Part shown: piece after piece, positions 9,949 through 18,901 of the stretch
Layout of the letters: the number at the start of each line of letters is the position of its first letter
Numbering within the stretch: position 1 is the first letter of the stretch
Assembly (NCBI GenBank): GCA_964648855.1
Contig: CAZYLT010000005.1
Coordinates: 150,000-181,999, forward strand
Length of the DNA: 32,000 nucleotides
DNA from: an uncultured archaeon
GTDB lineage: Archaea; Asgardarchaeota; Thorarchaeia; Thorarchaeales; Thorarchaeaceae
Reading direction: 5' to 3'
Position numbers and translations under genes: made by a program
The notes under the pieces: model-generated
Database searches by the model: none
Seen by the model: only the letters and a program-made list of their open reading frames with translations
Told to the model about the DNA's origin: nothing

Positions 9949-10152
9949 ATGCATTCAGTTAGTGCTCACAATACTGGTCACTTTGTCCCATTAATAGAAT
10001 ATGGACTGACCAATCAATATGAGATTGAGATGAATATTATGAATGCTGTTAAGCAGATAGTAAAGACAGATTCGCATGCTGCAATCACCTTAGCCGAGCT
10101 CCATCAGATTGTGGCTAATGCTTACCAATCAAAATGGAGACTTATGAAATGA
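9949..10152 (+). CDS. Small hypothetical protein (67 aa), translationally coupled to the MFS gene
   Basis: Strong RBS GGAGGTG at 9934-9940, 8 nt before ATG 9949; TGA stop overlaps the MFS ATG (ATGA 10149-10152); no recognisable domain. Confidence 0.6.
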   Translation: MHSVSAHNTGHFVPLIEYGLTNQYEIEMNIMNAVKQIVKTDSHAAITLAELHQIVANAYQSKWRLMK

Positions 10153-11591
10153 GTAGGATTGCCAGTTTTTTTGGCCTAGACAAGGCAAACCTTGACGTCA
10201 TGAGTCTAGCAAAGACATTGACAATGCTGCTCCCAACATTTGCAGCTATTAGTACGCTCTCTACAACCTTTCAGATGATTTTCATTGCTGAAGCACTGGG
10301 TGGTGGGGAGTATATTCAGGGACTAACTCTAGTTGGAATTCTTGTTGTCATACAGATGGTTGTTCAGACTGTATTAGATTATCCAACAGGTGCAATTGGT
10401 GATTGGATTGGACAAAGATATGTGATAGCTTCCTCACTATTATGCTTTGCAATATCCTATTATTTCATCTCTCTCGTGACTGCTTCAACATCCTTTTCCT
10501 TTCTCGTCCTCATCTATATCATGATAGGTTTCGGTACTTCCCAAGCTAGTGGAGCGTTCGACTCGTGGTTTGATAACAACTATCGAGTCGCAGTACCGGA
10601 GGACAGTGGGCGAAAGCAATACGGGGTGTTCATGGGAAAGGTGCAAATGATGTATCAATTGGTTGCCACGCTTGCTCTGATTCCTGGGAGTTTCGCGGCT
10701 ACAATATTCGGTAGGCCCTGGGTGTTTCAGATTCAAGCCGTATCATTTCTGATAATGGCAATAATCGTGTTGAGGTTACTCAAGGACCTACCCGGTGTGC
10801 ATCCAGAAGATAATTGTCAGGCTTCACTATCCGAATACAAAGATGTTCTCTCTTCAGGGGTTCGATTCCTCTTCAGTGATAATTACATAACACTGGTAAT
10901 CATCGGGGGGACTGTTCTTATGGCGGGAGGTATGGTTTGGAGTAACCTTATTCTATTCCCTATGTACTACAGCTACCTAAAAACAGATTTTGCAGTATCC
11001 AGCTTTCGGGCTCTTCTTTTCTTCATTGGAATTCTTACTGGTGAACGGGCAGCTGCATGGTCTAAGCGTTTTGAACCGAAAAATTGGATTCCCCGATTTG
11101 CGATTCTTCAGAGTCTGGGCTTCGTCTTTTACATGAGTTTTGCAATGATTACATTTTTCTTGCCACCCATAGACGGCAGCGAGATGCTAACATTACTGCT
11201 TCCTACAACCGATCTTGTTTTACTTCAAGTCCCAGTCGCATCTCTCATTCCCCTAGCGTTGATGGCCCTGACATTTAGTACGTGCGGTTTCTTCTCGGGT
11301 TTCTATTCCATCCTTCGACAAAGAGAATTGTTGGATGTGATTCCCAATAAGATACGCAATAGCTTGTACTCTCTGTTTCCTACAATCACAGTAATGATAG
11401 CTATTCCCCAGATTGCATTCTTTGGATGGTTAATTCCGGTCGGAGGGCTTCCGATTACCTTGGCGATTTCTGCATTCATATCTTTGATCGGAGTCATCAT
11501 GATAAGGAAAGGGCTAGACTATCCTAAGCCTGTTGCTGATATCCAAAAGGAAGGAGCGAAATCCGAATTAGAGGCAGTTCTGGAAGCTTGA
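10149..11591 (+). CDS. MFS transporter
   Basis: About 12 hydrophobic helices; MFS motif A variant 'DYPTGAIGDWIGQR'; 'SGAFDSWFDNNY'. Confidence 0.9.
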   Translation: MSRIASFFGLDKANLDVMSLAKTLTMLLPTFAAISTLSTTFQMIFIAEALGGGEYIQGLTLVGILVVIQMVVQTVLDYPTGAIGDWIGQRYVIASSLLCFAISYYFISLVTASTSFSFLVLIYIMIGFGTSQASGAFDSWFDNNYRVAVPEDSGRKQYGVFMGKVQMMYQLVATLALIPGSFAATIFGRPWVFQIQAVSFLIMAIIVLRLLKDLPGVHPEDNCQASLSEYKDVLSSGVRFLFSDNYITLVIIGGTVLMAGGMVWSNLILFPMYYSYLKTDFAVSSFRALLFFIGILTGERAAAWSKRFEPKNWIPRFAILQSLGFVFYMSFAMITFFLPPIDGSEMLTLLLPTTDLVLLQVPVASLIPLALMALTFSTCGFFSGFYSILRQRELLDVIPNKIRNSLYSLFPTITVMIAIPQIAFFGWLIPVGGLPITLAISAFISLIGVIMIRKGLDYPKPVADIQKEGAKSELEAVLEA

Positions 11592-11766
11592 AACTGCTTC
11601 TTGGAGCTGTCTATCTTTTCTTGTTTGCTATACGATTCTCAATCAATGATGAGTCTGCAGTACGCAAATTTATTACTACAAACTTCTCTGCATGCCATGT
11701 TGTGATATAATGGCACGTCGTCCTTCATTTCTGAATGTGAGATATTCTGGGACCGATTTGAACAAG

Positions 11767-12423
11767 ATGGACTATGAGAAACGTATCATGAAAGAGAAAG
11801 ATGTCGAGTTCGATGATGAAGATGGCTCAATCGAATTGACAGATGTACGTCTAGTCTGGATTAAGAAACCCTCACGATGGGGCGGCTTGAAAAAAGCTGG
11901 CGGAATTGCGGGAGCAATTGCAGGAGCTGTTGCAGCAGACGCAATAGGTAGTTCCATTGGAGGAGGTGCTGGGCGGGCAATCAGGCGGGCCGGTCGTGGA
12001 TTGGCATATGCATCAATTGGCGCTGCAATATCCTCTTGGAGTAGGGATTCCTACATAAACAAGGACAAGGATGGTAATACAGAAACTGTAGCACTTCCAA
12101 TTCTTGCAATTAGTCAGGCTGCACAGAGCGGGAACAAACTCGTCCTACAATTGAAATCTGGAGGCAACATGCAATTCCGCTTCAAGCAGAAGAAAGTAAT
12201 TCCTTCAGTGATTGCCAACATTACTTCTGCCATGGACGAAGGCAAATGTCCCTACTGTGGTGCGGGTACTAGCGGGGCAAACAAATGCTCGAACTGTGGG
12301 GCAGTACTAGCGGGTGGCGGAGAATCACCTTCATCAGGTGGCGATGGCAGATTTTGCACAAAGTGCGGACATCCTATAGAAGATGGTGATCGCTTCTGCG
12401 GAAAATGCGGAAATCCTGTATGA
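11767..12423 (+). CDS. PH/GRAM-like domain protein with Gly/Ala-rich insert and two C-terminal C4 zinc ribbons
   Basis: 'GSIELTDVRLVW' strand motif; glycine-zipper-like segment; CPYC..CSNC and CTKC..CGKC; ATG 11767 preferred to 11692. Confidence 0.75.
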   Translation: MDYEKRIMKEKDVEFDDEDGSIELTDVRLVWIKKPSRWGGLKKAGGIAGAIAGAVAADAIGSSIGGGAGRAIRRAGRGLAYASIGAAISSWSRDSYINKDKDGNTETVALPILAISQAAQSGNKLVLQLKSGGNMQFRFKQKKVIPSVIANITSAMDEGKCPYCGAGTSGANKCSNCGAVLAGGGESPSSGGDGRFCTKCGHPIEDGDRFCGKCGNPV

Positions 12424-12434
12424 TACCTGGATTG

Positions 12435-12464
12435 GGTTCTCTGGTTCACTGCTAACCAGAGACC
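12435..12464. terminator. Hairpin between convergent genes
   Basis: TCTCTGGTT (12438-12446) / AACCAGAGA (12454-12462): 9-bp stem, 7-nt loop. Confidence 0.5.
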
Positions 12465-12484
12465 TCCCGAATTTCTTGACTCAG

Positions 12485-13234
12485 CTACTTGAATAGGGTT
12501 TCATTAAGAGGACGATTTATGTTACTTGCAGTTTCATCTCCTTCATCAAATACAAAACCCTTGATGATTGCGACTGGAATTCCTTCTCCTGCCTGACCGG
12601 TTACAAGCTCAGCTGCTGCACCCAGCTCATCTACCTGACACACCGTTGAACTTTGGAGCACTCGATTATGGAGGTCCTTCTTTCCTCTGTTGTATTTGAA
12701 AGCACTAATCCCTGAACAGCCAATTGCAATGTTTGTTGCACCCAGTCTCCAAGGCCTTCCTTCTGTATCAGTTATGATTACTGCTATCCTTTTAGCTGAA
12801 AGATCCTGCAACCTTTCCCGAATTCTTGCAGCGCTTGCGTCACTATCAGAAGGTAAGAGAACATACGAGTCCGGTGGTGCGTTTGAATGGTCGACTCCGC
12901 TGAAATTGCATATCCTGCCCGACTTAGTGACGGTGATTAATGCTCTATCTATCCGGAGAACCTCAGTACTCTCCCGCAGAGCCAGAGCAACTTGATATGG
13001 ATCAAAGCCGTTCTTTTTAGCGATTCTTTTTGCTTCATTGGAGAGGGATATGTCATCTCTATGCACGATTCTTCCCTCAGCCTTTGATACTATGGTGTGA
13101 GCTATGACAACTATATCGGCATTGGAGAGTTTCAGTTTGTTCAACTGAATCGTCTGATAGATGATTTCTCCTAGGTCATCTCCCTCCTCAACTATGGGAA
13201 TCCCCTTGAGAGGCTCTACACTGACTGAGTTCAT
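12485..13234 (-). CDS. cofE: Coenzyme F420-0:L-glutamate ligase
   Basis: 'GIPIVEEGDDL', 'TIVSKAEGR', 'NFSGVD', 'ITDTEGRPWRLG', 'DELGAAAELVTGQAGEGIPVAIIKG'. Confidence 0.93.
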   Translation of the reverse strand: MNSVSVEPLKGIPIVEEGDDLGEIIYQTIQLNKLKLSNADIVVIAHTIVSKAEGRIVHRDDISLSNEAKRIAKKNGFDPYQVALALRESTEVLRIDRALITVTKSGRICNFSGVDHSNAPPDSYVLLPSDSDASAARIRERLQDLSAKRIAVIITDTEGRPWRLGATNIAIGCSGISAFKYNRGKKDLHNRVLQSSTVCQVDELGAAAELVTGQAGEGIPVAIIKGFVFDEGDETASNINRPLNETLFK

Positions 13235-13482
13235 AGTTCTAGTTATCCCACTTGGCCTTTTTAGAATGTGCTATCGGGTCATGGACGTGTTCATGGAGTT
13301 TATTATCTTTCAACCGCTACCCATCAACGTGAAACCGGCTAGCTACGGGAAAATATTATAGGATAGCAGAAAAACGACTAAAAGGCAGAGCGCCCTAATC
13401 TGCACATTCAGGGCAAATATTATCAATCCTCATAGTAGTGGGGCATTTAGCCGGGAATAGAGTGCAAAATGGAGTGACCTAA

Positions 13483-15438
13483 TTGAGTCCATCAACTAAT
13501 AAAACAACCAAAGCATCTTCGGGCGACATCAAACAAGGTACCATCGCCAAGTTCATGCGGAAAAGAACACAGCTAGTGGGCTTTGAAACGGGTCTTAACA
13601 AACACACTCAGTATACCATTGAGTTCCTCGATAATGCAATCGATGCCCTGGAGAGCTGGTGGTGGAGAATCAAACGAAAACCCAGGATTCCCGACCAACT
13701 GGATCCGGAGCTCGTTGAAGAAATAAAGGAAGAACTGGTGGGCAATGTTCCTGATACCATTAGCGAAAGCAAGGAGTTGGAGAAGAAGGTTCGTGCCGGG
13801 AAAGAGGTTGAAATCCCACCCCGGCAGGACGAATTACTGGATGACAAAGTCAAAGGGTTCAAGAAATTCATAAAACCGTTTAAGAAACTCATCCGAAAGC
13901 GAGAGCCATTAGTTGTAATGCAACTTAAGGAAGTTCAGATGCCAGACCTTGTCCCCATCGATGACGAAGATGGCTTCAAGGTGTACGAATTCACAGTCTT
14001 TGATTCTGGCATTGGGATGGTACCGTCTGACCTTGAGAAATTTGGAATTTACCTAGCGTCAAGTAAGTCTGAAAAACTAAGGCAAACAAGAGGCAGTCAA
14101 GGATTCGGAGCACCATCTGCGTTTAGCGATGCACAGAATACTACAGGCAAGCCAATATTTACCATAACAAAGCGATACACAGCAGACAAGGGCACAGCAG
14201 CTGATTTCTATACAACCACTGCCAATACGAAGGATTACGTGGCTGGGCCGAAACAAATGAAGCTGCCATTCAAGCAAGGCACCTATATCCGGTTACACTA
14301 TCTTAACATCCAGTATCGCCGTGGATACGCCGATATTTATGCTGAGATGGCATCTTTATTGAATGCACATGTCACCATTGTGTTCATAGACCCGTACGGT
14401 GAAGTTCATATTTATCCTCGCCGAGTGAAGCATTTTCCTGATGAACCCAAATACGCACAACCTCATCCTGCAAGCATAAGAATTGGCGAATTCCAAGACT
14501 TGCTGAGAGAAACTGATCAGACATATGTCAAAGGATTTCTAACGAAGGCATTTGTGCGACTTAGCAATAACAAAGCCGACTCAATCATAGATGCAACGAA
14601 TGAAGAGCTGAAGGCTCGCGAATTAAGAAAAATTGACCCTCGTACGAAAACTAAGAAACTGACCAAGGACCAAGTTGAGCTTCTTTACCGTGCTTTCTCT
14701 GCTGAAGACTACTACGCTCCTCCAACTGACACAGTTGTTCCTGTAGGAGAGGAGGTGTTCGAGCAAACCATACAAATGGCATATAATCCCGATTTTACCG
14801 CATCAGTTACTCGCAAGCCTACATCAGGTAAGGGCCTCTCATTCGCTGTCGAGGTATGCATTGCATATGGTGGCGAAATAAAACCGGCCACATCCGCACC
14901 TATGGTGCTCTGGCGATTCGTAAATCGAGTTCCAAAACTCCGCGATAATAGCGATTGTGCGACCTGGAAAGCAACGGCTATGGTCAACTGGAAGAATTAC
15001 AAGCTTGATACTTTTGACAACGGCATTCCAAAGGGACCTGTTATGGTCTTCATCCATGTCTGTGGAGCTTACGTACATGTGATGTTCAAAGGTCAGAGCA
15101 AACAAGCATTGGCTGAAGATGAAGTCCTTCTGAAGGAAATCAAACTTGCACTGGAAGAAGCAGGTCGGAAGTTCAGGAGATTCATAACAAAGAAAGAACG
15201 CGCAAGAAGAAAGGCGAAAAGGGCTGGGATATTAGCGATGTACGCAGACCAATTTGCAGAGAGCCTCACCACAATTGCTAACGGTGGCCTAGGCAAGAAG
15301 AAGTATGACGCTGAGCAAGTTGCAGGCAAAATTCGTGATGCTATAACAGGTTTCGAAACTGAAGACGACCAAAAAGAAACGGAAACTGATACCGAGGGCA
15401 GTGACCTCGTTGCTGATGTTCCGCTAGATGATGAATAG
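13483..15438 (+). CDS. top6B: DNA topoisomerase VI subunit B, with a large GHKL insertion
   Basis: GHKL N box 'EFLDNAIDA', G1 'DSGIG', G2 'QTRGSQGFG', 'GTYIRL'; H2TH region; transducer 'RFVNRVP', 'VNWKNY', switch Lys 'QSKQAL'; TTG start with GGAGTGA RBS at 13471. Confidence 0.93.
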   Translation: MSPSTNKTTKASSGDIKQGTIAKFMRKRTQLVGFETGLNKHTQYTIEFLDNAIDALESWWWRIKRKPRIPDQLDPELVEEIKEELVGNVPDTISESKELEKKVRAGKEVEIPPRQDELLDDKVKGFKKFIKPFKKLIRKREPLVVMQLKEVQMPDLVPIDDEDGFKVYEFTVFDSGIGMVPSDLEKFGIYLASSKSEKLRQTRGSQGFGAPSAFSDAQNTTGKPIFTITKRYTADKGTAADFYTTTANTKDYVAGPKQMKLPFKQGTYIRLHYLNIQYRRGYADIYAEMASLLNAHVTIVFIDPYGEVHIYPRRVKHFPDEPKYAQPHPASIRIGEFQDLLRETDQTYVKGFLTKAFVRLSNNKADSIIDATNEELKARELRKIDPRTKTKKLTKDQVELLYRAFSAEDYYAPPTDTVVPVGEEVFEQTIQMAYNPDFTASVTRKPTSGKGLSFAVEVCIAYGGEIKPATSAPMVLWRFVNRVPKLRDNSDCATWKATAMVNWKNYKLDTFDNGIPKGPVMVFIHVCGAYVHVMFKGQSKQALAEDEVLLKEIKLALEEAGRKFRRFITKKERARRKAKRAGILAMYADQFAESLTTIANGGLGKKKYDAEQVAGKIRDAITGFETEDDQKETETDTEGSDLVADVPLDDE

Positions 15439-15458
15439 ATACATGATGTCTTACGGAA

Positions 15459-17786
15459 GTGGAGATCTTGGCTAAGAAGAAGTCAACCAAGACAAAGAGT
15501 GTACAGACAACTCTGGGCGAGCATGAAGAGCCCGCGGAAGACAAGGACATCGAGAAGAAGAAAGATACTGGCAAAAAACCAACTCGGAGAAGGAAGAAGA
15601 TGGCCCCCAAGAAGAAATCAACTAAACAAAAAAAGAGCAAGAAGGCCAAAGATGCGGACCTATCACAACTTAAAGAGATACCTGGAGTGGGCCCCAAACT
15701 TGCGTTAAGATTAGCAGAATCAGGATATTCATCGATAGAGAAGCTCTCTAAGACTAAGCCTACAACCTTGGCGAATAAAGTTGAGGGCATGGGGAAAAAG
15801 GGGGCATCTGACATTGTAGACAATGCGAAAAGAATCTCTAGAAAAATGAACAAACCAAAAGACCTAGCTTTTCAAAACCTGCCTGGGGTTGGAGAAACGC
15901 TAGAGACCAGACTCTTTGTTGCTGGTTATGATTCAATAGAGAAAATCTCCAAAGCTTCTGCATCAGAATTAGCAAAAGATATCGAAGGGTTGGGAAAGAA
16001 GGGTGCCACAGATCTTTTGTCTGACGCGAACAAATTTGTTAAGCAGCAAAAAAAGAAGAAGAAGGAATTACCCAAAGACTTGAACTTACGGAAGCTTTCC
16101 GGAGTAGGCAAGAAACTTGAGAGACGGCTTTTCGATGCTGGATATGATACAATAGAGAAGATATCTAAAACGTCACCGTCGAAATTGAGCTCTGAAATAG
16201 AAGGTTTGGGACAGAAGGGAGCCAAGGATTTGGTTGCAGATGCAAAGAAGAAAGCAGCACCTAAACCTAGAAATGCCAAGAAACCTAAGAAGAAAGACAT
16301 TCCAAGCGTGAAACTTACTAGCATTCCTGGGATTGGCTCCAAAACAGCAGCCAACCTGAAAGATGCAGGCTATGATTCACTACAGAAAATTGCTGACTCA
16401 GACCCAAAAACTATGGCAAAAGAAGTTGATGGAGTCGGGAAGAAAGGCGCAGAGAAGCTAGTAAAAACTGTGGCAGATATTATTCCAGAACTTGAAACGA
16501 TAGCAGAACCTGTTACCACCGAAACTAAATCTTCAAGGCGTCGTAAGCCTGGACGCAGGGCATTGAAACGCTTCAAGGTTAAGAGAACAAAATCGGGTCT
16601 GCCCGTTCCCAAGAAGGTCAAAGAAGTAACCAAAGAAATGAGAGCTCACTGGGAAGAGATAGACAAACGGGAGGAGGAAGGAGAACTTGTTGACGAAGAC
16701 CTGCCGGATACAATGGAAGTAGTTGCGCTAACGGGCGATGAAACTAAGGATGAATTGGCTAAAGTTGCAATCGAAGTTCTTAATGAAGCTCTGACTACAG
16801 GAAGGCCAGCATTTGAAATCCCGAGCAGATCAAGTGACAATATAGTCTGGGACGAATTCAGAGACCTGCTACTATTGGGTACGAAGACCATCTCTAGACC
16901 ATATCATTCTCTTGGTTCGGTTGTCGATGCAACCAGAACCGCAAGGTTGATGGAAATTATCTACCGTCTTCTTGATGAAAATCTGCACGCAACAAAGCGA
17001 GAAGTATTCTATAGCGATGTGAATTTGTTTAGAGACCAACGATATAGCGACAAACTCATTGAAGATGTAGCCTCCATGCTTCATACAACCCGTGATAGCG
17101 TCCATGTAGTTGCATCTGCGAGAGGGTCTGCATTGGGCCGCGTTACTATACGCGACGGAGGCGACTTGATAGACCTCACAAAGATGGGGACCGGTGGATG
17201 GTCAATAACCCCATTCCTGGATCAGGTTGAAATCGTCGAGAGCGATGCTGAATTCATCATTGTGTCGGAAAAGGATGCTGCAGTGATGCGACTAGCAGAG
17301 GCAAAATACTGGAACCGACAACCATGTATCGTCATAACTGGAAAGGGCTCTGGTGATATCGCAACTCGCGCATTCCTCAAGATGCTTGTAAGAGAACTTG
17401 AGATTCCTGCATTTGCCCTTATGGACTCGGACCCTTATGGCCACTACATTTACTCTGTTTTCTTAAGAGGATCAAAGCGTCTAAGCTATGAGTCGCCATT
17501 CATTGCTACTCCAGAGCTGAAGCTACTTGGTGTATTGAGTAGAGATCTCGACCGTTTTGATATTCCGAAGAGTGTCCGAATCCCCATGGAAGATTCGGAT
17601 ATCAAGAGAGTCAAGGAAATGCTAAAGGAGCCATTCGTTCAGAAGAACAAAGAGTGGGTCAAAGATTTGGAGCTCATGTTGAGAATCAGAGAAAAAGCAG
17701 AGATCCAAGCATTTGCAAGTCACTCTTTCAAGTATCTTACAGATGAGTATCTGCCCACAAAATTGGAAACTGGTGATTGGATCTAG
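15459..17786 (+). CDS. top6A: DNA topoisomerase VI subunit A (Spo11 family) with N-terminal 4x (HhH)2 repeat extension
   Basis: C-terminal ~350 aa: winged helix 'TKREVFY' (catalytic Tyr ~Y518, nt 17010), TOPRIM 'VSEKDA', 'ITGKG', 'MDSDPYG', 'KAEIQA', 'YLPTKL'; one uninterrupted 775-aa ORF (start may be TTG 15468). Confidence 0.93.
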   Translation: MEILAKKKSTKTKSVQTTLGEHEEPAEDKDIEKKKDTGKKPTRRRKKMAPKKKSTKQKKSKKAKDADLSQLKEIPGVGPKLALRLAESGYSSIEKLSKTKPTTLANKVEGMGKKGASDIVDNAKRISRKMNKPKDLAFQNLPGVGETLETRLFVAGYDSIEKISKASASELAKDIEGLGKKGATDLLSDANKFVKQQKKKKKELPKDLNLRKLSGVGKKLERRLFDAGYDTIEKISKTSPSKLSSEIEGLGQKGAKDLVADAKKKAAPKPRNAKKPKKKDIPSVKLTSIPGIGSKTAANLKDAGYDSLQKIADSDPKTMAKEVDGVGKKGAEKLVKTVADIIPELETIAEPVTTETKSSRRRKPGRRALKRFKVKRTKSGLPVPKKVKEVTKEMRAHWEEIDKREEEGELVDEDLPDTMEVVALTGDETKDELAKVAIEVLNEALTTGRPAFEIPSRSSDNIVWDEFRDLLLLGTKTISRPYHSLGSVVDATRTARLMEIIYRLLDENLHATKREVFYSDVNLFRDQRYSDKLIEDVASMLHTTRDSVHVVASARGSALGRVTIRDGGDLIDLTKMGTGGWSITPFLDQVEIVESDAEFIIVSEKDAAVMRLAEAKYWNRQPCIVITGKGSGDIATRAFLKMLVRELEIPAFALMDSDPYGHYIYSVFLRGSKRLSYESPFIATPELKLLGVLSRDLDRFDIPKSVRIPMEDSDIKRVKEMLKEPFVQKNKEWVKDLELMLRIREKAEIQAFASHSFKYLTDEYLPTKLETGDWI
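15657..16484 (+). repeat. Four tandem ~60-aa (HhH)2 repeats within top6A
   Basis: Units L..(I/L)(P/S)G(V/I)G.....L...GY.(S/T)(I/L)(E/Q)K(I/L)........(L/M)...(V/I)(E/D)G.G.KGA..(I/L), with the PG.G motif at 15681, 15882, 16098 and 16326. Confidence 0.92.
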
Positions 17787-17803
17787 CTGCTGAACTCTGA
17801 ATT

Positions 17804-17851
17804 AGAATACGACTCGCATATGAATATAATATGTCGAACTTGGCGTATTCT
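17804..17851 (+). terminator. Possible stem-loop downstream of top6A
   Basis: AGAATACG / CGTATTCT outer 8-bp stem enclosing CATAT/ATATG, followed by TTATT. Confidence 0.3.
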
Positions 17852-17952
17852 TTATTACCATACTACAACATCCTTAAGAAGTCTGAATCATCTACACTAT
17901 AGTGAATTTCCAATGAGTGTAGGGTTTAATGCCTGCACAACTGGTGAGAAAA

Positions 17953-18882
17953 ATGATTGAGTCCACTGTTGGTATCCCGGTTATTGATGCACATGCGCAC
18001 TTTATGACAAGAAGCACTGTTGAATCTATAATTAACGATTCGCAGTCAATTAGCAAAATACGTGAGAGAGTGTCATCTCATACAGATATGAAGGAATTTC
18101 AAATACCTGATGTGGACTGGGATATCGGCGAAGCGTGGATTGAAGAGCTCAATAAATATGGAGTAATTGCAATCGGGATGATGGTTGGGGAGGAGTCATG
18201 GGATGAATTCAATCAAGTGCGTGAACGATATCCAGGTAGGTTTATGGGAAATGCAAATATCAACCCTGCCAATGAAAACGCCATTGATCTTGTGAAACGG
18301 GCTGGAAGAGACAACTTTCAAGCAATCAAGCTCTATCCTACCTCATGGGACTTTCATTCATATGACGAAATTGTGTATCCTATTTACGAAGAAGCTCTAA
18401 AGCAAGGCCTCTTGGTAATGCTACATTTTGGAATAACAATTGGCTCCACAGCGAATCTTAGATATGGTAATCCGCTTGATATACAGAAACCCGCTCATGA
18501 CTTTCCGGATTTGAATTTCATGATCGCGCACTTTGGGGCAGGTTTCTTCCGGGAAGTTCTCATGCTAATGTATCAAACAGAAAACGTCTATATGGACACT
18601 AGTGGCAGCAATTCTTGGATGAAGTATCTTCCATATGACCTCTCGCTAACGAAAATATTTGAGAAGGCCTTGAGAGCTGGAGGTCCTGACCGTATTGTCT
18701 TTGGAACCGACTCCTCGTTCTTTCCCAGAGGTTTTAGGGCAAGTATTCTCGAAGATCAATATGCTGCTGTTAGTTCTATCTGTCCTCAATTTTGCTATTC
18801 AGAGGATGATGTTGATAAAATCTTCAGGAGCAATATATTGAAACTCAACAAATTTGAACCAGCATCTGAGATATCGAACTAG
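17953..18882 (+). CDS. Amidohydrolase family protein (Amidohydro_2 TIM barrel)
   Basis: 'IDAHAH', 'IKLYP', 'MLHFG', 'IAHFGAG', 'NVYMDTS', 'VFGTDS'; ATG 17953 after GGTGA. Confidence 0.9.
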   Translation: MIESTVGIPVIDAHAHFMTRSTVESIINDSQSISKIRERVSSHTDMKEFQIPDVDWDIGEAWIEELNKYGVIAIGMMVGEESWDEFNQVRERYPGRFMGNANINPANENAIDLVKRAGRDNFQAIKLYPTSWDFHSYDEIVYPIYEEALKQGLLVMLHFGITIGSTANLRYGNPLDIQKPAHDFPDLNFMIAHFGAGFFREVLMLMYQTENVYMDTSGSNSWMKYLPYDLSLTKIFEKALRAGGPDRIVFGTDSSFFPRGFRASILEDQYAAVSSICPQFCYSEDDVDKIFRSNILKLNKFEPASEISN

Positions 18883-18901
18883 AAGCAATAAGTCTCCGAA
18901 A

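Noticed and set aside
9733-9954. Short ORFs 9733..9954 (-) and 9755..9943 (+)
   Set aside because: No RBS or motifs; they overlap the promoter and palindrome region of the better-supported 9949 ORF
11646-11734. Box C/D sRNA (ATGATGA ... CTGA)
   Set aside because: C-to-D distance of ~85 nt is too long for archaeal guides and there are no convincing D'/C' boxes
13648-14001. Top6B insertion as a mini-intein
   Set aside because: No terminal His-Asn/Gln followed by Cys/Ser/Thr and no recognisable intein block A/B motifs
15657-16484. Repeats as a CRISPR array or non-coding tandem repeat
   Set aside because: Units are 200-230 nt, in frame, and diverged at DNA level while conserved as protein
13483-17786. 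Topoisomerase VIII (fused B-A) or a mobile-element-borne topoisomerase
   Set aside because: B and A are separate ORFs (TAG at 15436-15438, 20-nt gap, different frame) in a housekeeping context with no integrase, att site or phage genes
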